Of a stretch of DNA of 64,000 nt, positions 59,339 to 64,000 are shown piece by piece. The DNA is taken from contig JAOUHV010000007.1 in NCBI GenBank assembly GCA_029884425.1, forward strand, positions 11,358 through 75,357, written 5' to 3'. The translations under genes were made by a program, and so were the position numbers. How positions within the stretch are numbered: the stretch's first letter is position 1; each line of letters begins with the position of its first letter. The notes under the pieces were generated by a model, which made no database searches, was not told the origin of the DNA, and was given only the letters and a program-made list of their open reading frames with translations. The DNA is from Gammaproteobacteria bacterium (GTDB lineage: Bacteria > Pseudomonadota > Gammaproteobacteria > S012-40).

Positions 59339-59369
59339 AAAAACGGTCCCAGCAGGGACCGTTTTTTTT
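59337..59369. terminator. Bidirectional intrinsic terminator
   Basis: AAAAAAACGGTCCC-agca-GGGACCGTTTTTTTT. Confidence 0.88.
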
Positions 59370-59385
59370 CGGGGTTGAGGCCGGG

Positions 59386-60876
59386 TCAGTAGCGGCGACG
59401 TCTGCCACCACCACCGGACCCACCCAGCAGCGATCCCAACAAACCACGCACTATCTGCCGGCCAATCTGGCTGCCGACGGCGCGGGCAGCGCTTTTGGCC
59501 ATGGTGCCGATGATGGACTCTGGTTCACGGGCGCCGCGCGCTGTTTTGGCCGTTGGTTTGATGTCTTGCTCGGCTTCCTGTTCGGCCAGCAGTTGCTCGC
59601 CTCTGGCTTGCAGGATTTCATGCGCCGATTCGCGATCAATGGGTGTGTTGTACTTGCTGGCCAAGGGAGAGCGGGACAGATGTTGCTGACGTTCCTCGTT
59701 GTTCAGCGGCCCAATGCGTGACTGCGGCGGGGCGATGAACACACGCTCAACCACGGTCGGCGAGCCCTTTTCGTCCAGCACTGACACCAATGCTTCACCC
59801 ACGCCCAGCTCGGCAATAACCGCCTCGACATCCAGTTTGGGGTTGGCGCGCAGGGTTTGTGCGGCGGCGCGGACGGCTTGCTGATCCTTGGGAGTGAACG
59901 CGCGCAGCGCATGCTGGACGCGATTACCCAGCTGACCGGCGATGCTGACCGGGATGTCAGAAGGTGTCTGGCTGATGAAGTACACGCCCACGCCTTTGGA
60001 GCGAATCAGGCGCACCACTTGTTCGATTTTGTCGACCAGCGCGGCAGGGGCGTTTTTGAACATCAGATGCGCTTCGTCAAAGAACAACACCAGCTTGGGG
60101 CGATCGGCGTCGCCGACCTCGGGCAGTTGTTCAAACAGCTCGGCCAACAGCCACAACAGGAAGGTAGCGTACAGGCGTGGCTTGGACATCAGTGTGGTGG
60201 CATCGAGCATGCTGACCACGCCGTTGCCGGAAAAATCCACCTGCATCATGTCTTGCAGTTGCAGTGCAGGTTCGGCAAAAAATGCCTCGGCACCTTCCTG
60301 CTCTAGCACCAACAGGCTGCGTTGGATTGCGCCGATGCTGGCGCTGGAAATATTGCCGTAATCCTTTTGCAGTGACTTGGCGTTGTCGGCCATCCAGCCG
60401 AGCATGGCGCGCAGGTCTTTCAGGTCCAGCAACAGCAAGCCTTCGTCATCGGCGAGTTTGAAACAGGCGTACAGAACGGCTTGCTGGGTTTCGCTCAACT
60501 CCATCAAGTTGCTCAGCAGCAGGGGGCCCATTTCAGAAATAGTGGTGCGTACCGGATGGCCGGCCTTGCCGAACAGGTCCCAGAAAATCACCGGGAACGG
60601 GCGAGGCTGGAACTGGCTGAGACCGAGTTGTTTTACCCGTGCCTGGATGCGCTCGTTGGGTGTGCCGGCCTTGGCCAGGCCAGACAAATCGCCTTTCACG
60701 TCGGTGACAAACACCGGCACGCCGGCCTGCGCAAAACCTTCGACCAGCGATTGCAGTGTGACCGTTTTACCGGTGCCGGTGGCGCCGGTGATCAAGCCGT
60801 GGCGATTGCCCATCCGCAGTTGCAAGCCTACCTGGGTGTGGTCGTTACCGCCGACCAGAATTGTGTTTGGGTTCAT
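59386..60876 (-). CDS. HerA-like ATPase, DUF853/YjgR family
   Basis: NRHGLITGATGTGKT, DVKGDLSG, FFDEAH and RSKGVG motifs. Confidence 0.92.
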   Translation of the reverse strand: MNPNTILVGGNDHTQVGLQLRMGNRHGLITGATGTGKTVTLQSLVEGFAQAGVPVFVTDVKGDLSGLAKAGTPNERIQARVKQLGLSQFQPRPFPVIFWDLFGKAGHPVRTTISEMGPLLLSNLMELSETQQAVLYACFKLADDEGLLLLDLKDLRAMLGWMADNAKSLQKDYGNISSASIGAIQRSLLVLEQEGAEAFFAEPALQLQDMMQVDFSGNGVVSMLDATTLMSKPRLYATFLLWLLAELFEQLPEVGDADRPKLVLFFDEAHLMFKNAPAALVDKIEQVVRLIRSKGVGVYFISQTPSDIPVSIAGQLGNRVQHALRAFTPKDQQAVRAAAQTLRANPKLDVEAVIAELGVGEALVSVLDEKGSPTVVERVFIAPPQSRIGPLNNEERQQHLSRSPLASKYNTPIDRESAHEILQARGEQLLAEQEAEQDIKPTAKTARGAREPESIIGTMAKSAARAVGSQIGRQIVRGLLGSLLGGSGGGGRRRRY

Positions 60877-60995
60877 ACTTTCGTCCTGAGATGAAATATC
60901 TAAGCTGGCTGAATATTACCAGCGAAGCCGCGTTTTATCGCATAGGAAAAACAAAAAAATCGTGCTTGCCGACGCGACTGGCGTTGATGAGCCGG

Positions 60996-62696
60996 TCACG
61001 ATTCGGGATACAGGCGCGGCAGGGCAGTTGCCCTGGTGGCACTGGCAGGGGTGAGCGGTTTTTCAGCCATGCGCAGGGCCTCCGCCAGCGCTGCACTATT
61101 CCATGCATGGGCGGACTGACTGTACAGGGCACGGTTGAGTTGATCGCACTGCGTTTTTACATCGGGTCCTAGTCGTTGTGCCAGTTCATCCAGGCTGGTT
61201 GGCGCTTGTTCGGGCCAACGGGCCTGTCCCCAGCGGAGCAGCGTTTCCCGTGTCAGCGCGGCGTTGTTTTGTTCACAGGCGGCCAGCACCTCACGCAATG
61301 ATGCTGTTGGTGTCGTGGCGGATTGTGGTGATGACTTTTGGGGCGGAGGTGTACGGCGAAGTTTGCGCAGCAACACTAGGGTACTGATCAACCATCCCAA
61401 ACCGAGTGCCAAGGCGATCCAGAACCAGTGAGAATTGGCTGCTGGCGCGGACGACTGGGGCTCGGCATGGGGCGCGGATTCGATAGCGGGGGCAATCGTG
61501 TCGGGCGTGCTGCTGATGCTCGCAGGCGAACCGGCGAGACTGCCGGCGCCAATGTGGAGGGTGCGCGCTGGCAAGGTTACCTGTTCCATGCGGTTGCTCT
61601 GGGTGTTCCACCAAGGCAGGGTGATGGCCGGTAACACCAACTCGCCTTCGCGAGTGGGAATCAAGGCGATTTTTTGTTGGCGTATGCCGGTGATGCCCTG
61701 GTTGTCGGCCAGATTGTCGACATGGGCCTGATCAGGATAAGTTTTAAAACCGTCGATGGGTTGGGTCATCAGTTCGGGCAATTGCGCGCCAGTCAAACCG
61801 GTTGCTTTCAAGGTCAAGGTGCGGGTGATGGGCTCGCCCACTTTAAAATCCGTTTGCGTTGGCCAGTCTTCGCTGATGGTCAACTGACGTGCCGGCAACC
61901 AATATTGGCCGTGTGCATTGGCGGGAATGGGCTTGATTGTCAATGCAATCGGGTTGGAGCGAACGCGTTTGCTGACAACATTGCGATCGAACAATCCAAA
62001 ATTACCCTGACTTTCGATGACTTGTGCGGACACATCGATGGGCGCAATGTTGAGCGAGCCACTTTGCTGGGCAAACACGGCGTATTTGCGCTCGACTACG
62101 ATATAGCGCCGGCCTTGGCGTTGAGTTTCAAACACTGCATCGTCGCCTAATTTTTCAATGCTGGCATCAGCGCCGCTGATTTTCGGTTCAGTCATGCTGG
62201 CACCGTTGATGTTCACCGCGCGATAAAAGCGGATGGTGTAAACCACTTGCGCTTGCACAAATGCGCTGGTTTGATCGACGCGGGCCTCAAGAATGAGATC
62301 AGCGCGATTGTCGGCATTGCTGTTGTTGGTCGCTGCCTGATCGACGACTTGCAACTGGGCAGGACGACTTTTATCGCTGCCAAATTGAATCACCGGAATA
62401 GTGATAGTTCCCACGCGCTTGGCCATGGCATTGACCGTCCAGCGGGTTTGGCGGGACATGCTGCCGTTAATGATTTGCACGTTCGAACTTTTACCCTGTG
62501 ACAGAATGTCAAAATCTTTTTGCAGTGGTGTGAAGTCAGGATCATCATCGACATCGCTGCTGGCCTGGAAAATGAGGCTGAACGATTCGTTGAGTTGCAC
62601 CGGGTTGCGATCGACACTTACCTCAATGCTGGCGGCTTGAGCGACGCCGACGACCAAACTGAAAATCAGCAACAGATTTCTCAAAATGCTTACCAT
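60996..62696 (-). CDS. BatD family protein
   Basis: Signal peptide, VDRNPV, VGEPITRTL, YPDQ, LPWWNT and a C-terminal TM; coupled to the VWA-TPR gene. Confidence 0.88.
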   Translation of the reverse strand: MVSILRNLLLIFSLVVGVAQAASIEVSVDRNPVQLNESFSLIFQASSDVDDDPDFTPLQKDFDILSQGKSSNVQIINGSMSRQTRWTVNAMAKRVGTITIPVIQFGSDKSRPAQLQVVDQAATNNSNADNRADLILEARVDQTSAFVQAQVVYTIRFYRAVNINGASMTEPKISGADASIEKLGDDAVFETQRQGRRYIVVERKYAVFAQQSGSLNIAPIDVSAQVIESQGNFGLFDRNVVSKRVRSNPIALTIKPIPANAHGQYWLPARQLTISEDWPTQTDFKVGEPITRTLTLKATGLTGAQLPELMTQPIDGFKTYPDQAHVDNLADNQGITGIRQQKIALIPTREGELVLPAITLPWWNTQSNRMEQVTLPARTLHIGAGSLAGSPASISSTPDTIAPAIESAPHAEPQSSAPAANSHWFWIALALGLGWLISTLVLLRKLRRTPPPQKSSPQSATTPTASLREVLAACEQNNAALTRETLLRWGQARWPEQAPTSLDELAQRLGPDVKTQCDQLNRALYSQSAHAWNSAALAEALRMAEKPLTPASATRATALPRLYPES

Positions 62697-64000
62697 GTTT
62701 CTTGCTCTTGCGGTTGATCCGTGGATTGCTGTTGATACTGGTAGAGAAATTTACGACGCAACAAACCACCGGGATCATCGGGAATGCGCCGCAGCCATTG
62801 TTCAGTGGCGATGTCTTGCTCCTTGGGCTGGCGGTCATCGGCCAGCGTAGCCTTGTCATCCTGCGGAGCCTTTGCGTTTTTCTCTTGCTGATTTTGAGCG
62901 GGATTGTTTTGGTCTCGATTATTTTGTTTCGCGTCCGCAGATGGTTTGGCATTGTCAGGGGACGCGTTGCCTGCCTGATCTTGCTTGTTTTTTTGTGCGC
63001 CAGCATCAGCGTTTTGCGATTGGTTTTGATCGGCCTTATCCTGCTGATCGCCTTTGTCGCCTTTGTCGCCTTTGTCGTTATTATCTTGCGATTGCTTTTG
63101 GTGCTGTTTTTTCACCAGATCCCGATTGAACTTGGCATCTTGATGTTGAGGATTAAGTTGCAATGCACGATCGTAGGCAGCGATGGCCTGCTCGTACTGG
63201 CGCATTTTAGCCAGGGCATTGCCGCGATTGTATTGGGCATCGGCATTGTCGATGCCTTCGAGCAGTTTCGCTGCCTGCGGATAATGTCCTGCGCGATAGT
63301 GTGCTGTCGCTTGCCATTGCGGATCGGTGAATGTTTTGGCGGCTTGCTCTGCCTGGCCTTGCTGTAATTGTTTTTCAGCGCGCTGATTATTGTTCAAAAA
63401 TAAATCCGACAGGGCGGATGCCTGTACCGGAGGTGGTGGCAACAGCACGACCAACACCAGCGCCAGATAGCCACGACGAAATACCAGTGGCGCAATCAAC
63501 AGCAGCGGCAGTAATAACCAGGGACCGTCTTCCCGCCACAAATCGGCGCGCATTTTTTCCGGTAATTCATTGTTGGCCTGTGAGGGTTGATGAAATCCGG
63601 CGGCCAGTTGCTGGATGTCGCTGTCATCGGCGCTGAGTCGTTGATATCGACCATTTCCCTGACTTGCCAACTGCCGCAATGGATGTTCATCCAGTTTGGG
63701 GATGACAATTTCACCACGACTGTTTTGTACAAAGCCACCGTTGCTGAGTTTGATCGGTGCGCCGGCAGCGGTGCCTACTGCGAGTACCGACAATGCGTGT
63801 GCCTGCTTCGTCAGTTGGGTTAATGTGGGTTGCAATTGTGATTTTTGCACGCCGTCGGTGATTAACAAAATATCTCCGCGAACGACGCCGGCTTGTTGCA
63901 GTAACTCACTGGCTTTGGCAACGGCAATGTCAGGACGTGAACCCTGTTGTGGCATCAGTTCAGTTTCCAAACTGTTCACCTGGGCAATAATGGTGTGGGT
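62690..64000 (-). CDS. VWA plus TPR (BatB/BatC-like) protein; 5' end lies beyond the window
   Basis: LLITDG, GTAAGAPI, TPR (YNRGNALAK), Q-rich linker and EQWLRRIPDDPGGLLRRKF. Confidence 0.88.
   Translation of the reverse strand, partial: THTIIAQVNSLETELMPQQGSRPDIAVAKASELLQQAGVVRGDILLITDGVQKSQLQPTLTQLTKQAHALSVLAVGTAAGAPIKLSNGGFVQNSRGEIVIPKLDEHPLRQLASQGNGRYQRLSADDSDIQQLAAGFHQPSQANNELPEKMRADLWREDGPWLLLPLLLIAPLVFRRGYLALVLVVLLPPPPVQASALSDLFLNNNQRAEKQLQQGQAEQAAKTFTDPQWQATAHYRAGHYPQAAKLLEGIDNADAQYNRGNALAKMRQYEQAIAAYDRALQLNPQHQDAKFNRDLVKKQHQKQSQDNNDKGDKGDKGDQQDKADQNQSQNADAGAQKNKQDQAGNASPDNAKPSADAKQNNRDQNNPAQNQQEKNAKAPQDDKATLADDRQPKEQDIATEQWLRRIPDDPGGLLRRKFLYQYQQQSTDQPQEQETW
63048..63077. repeat. 9-bp in-frame tandem repeat, about 3.3 copies, encoding DKG-DKG-DKG-D
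   Basis: (TCGCCTTTG)x3 followed by TCG. Confidence 0.85.

Noticed and set aside
59386..60876. HerA-like ATPase as an anti-phage defence system
   Set aside because: It is the widespread DUF853/YjgR type with no Sir2, NurA or nuclease partner adjacent

Overview
Chromosomal window of a gammaproteobacterium (inferred from smpB-ratA-ratB-bamE-fur, leuCDB-asd-fimV, fabA-fabB and folD next to tRNA-Pro/Arg/His). It holds about 60 CDS and 3 tRNAs; I saw no transposase, integrase, prophage or CRISPR array. Housekeeping blocks alternate with visibly AT-richer signalling and stress segments. Main leads: (1) a 4.9-12.6 kb block in which a stand-alone FliA/sigma28-type factor with no flagellar neighbours sits among yeaG-yeaH-ycgB, an HPF-cold-shock fusion, a DUF1249 gene and a 60-aa acidic ORF, with sigma28-like promoters before most of them (candidate dormancy cassette); (2) a candidate ~120-nt multi-hairpin sRNA just after fur; (3) a lipoprotein alpha-carbonic anhydrase lacking two of three Zn ligands; (4) tandem IscR-like paralogs without Fe-S cysteines; (5) two histidine kinases sharing a CxxCH insert in the ATPase domain, one in a CheY-CheC-kinase operon; (6) a CheX-like protein with D/Q in place of ExxN; (7) a 44-aa membrane ORF below the ORF-track cutoff. 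All calls come from reading sequence motifs by eye; no database searches were run.
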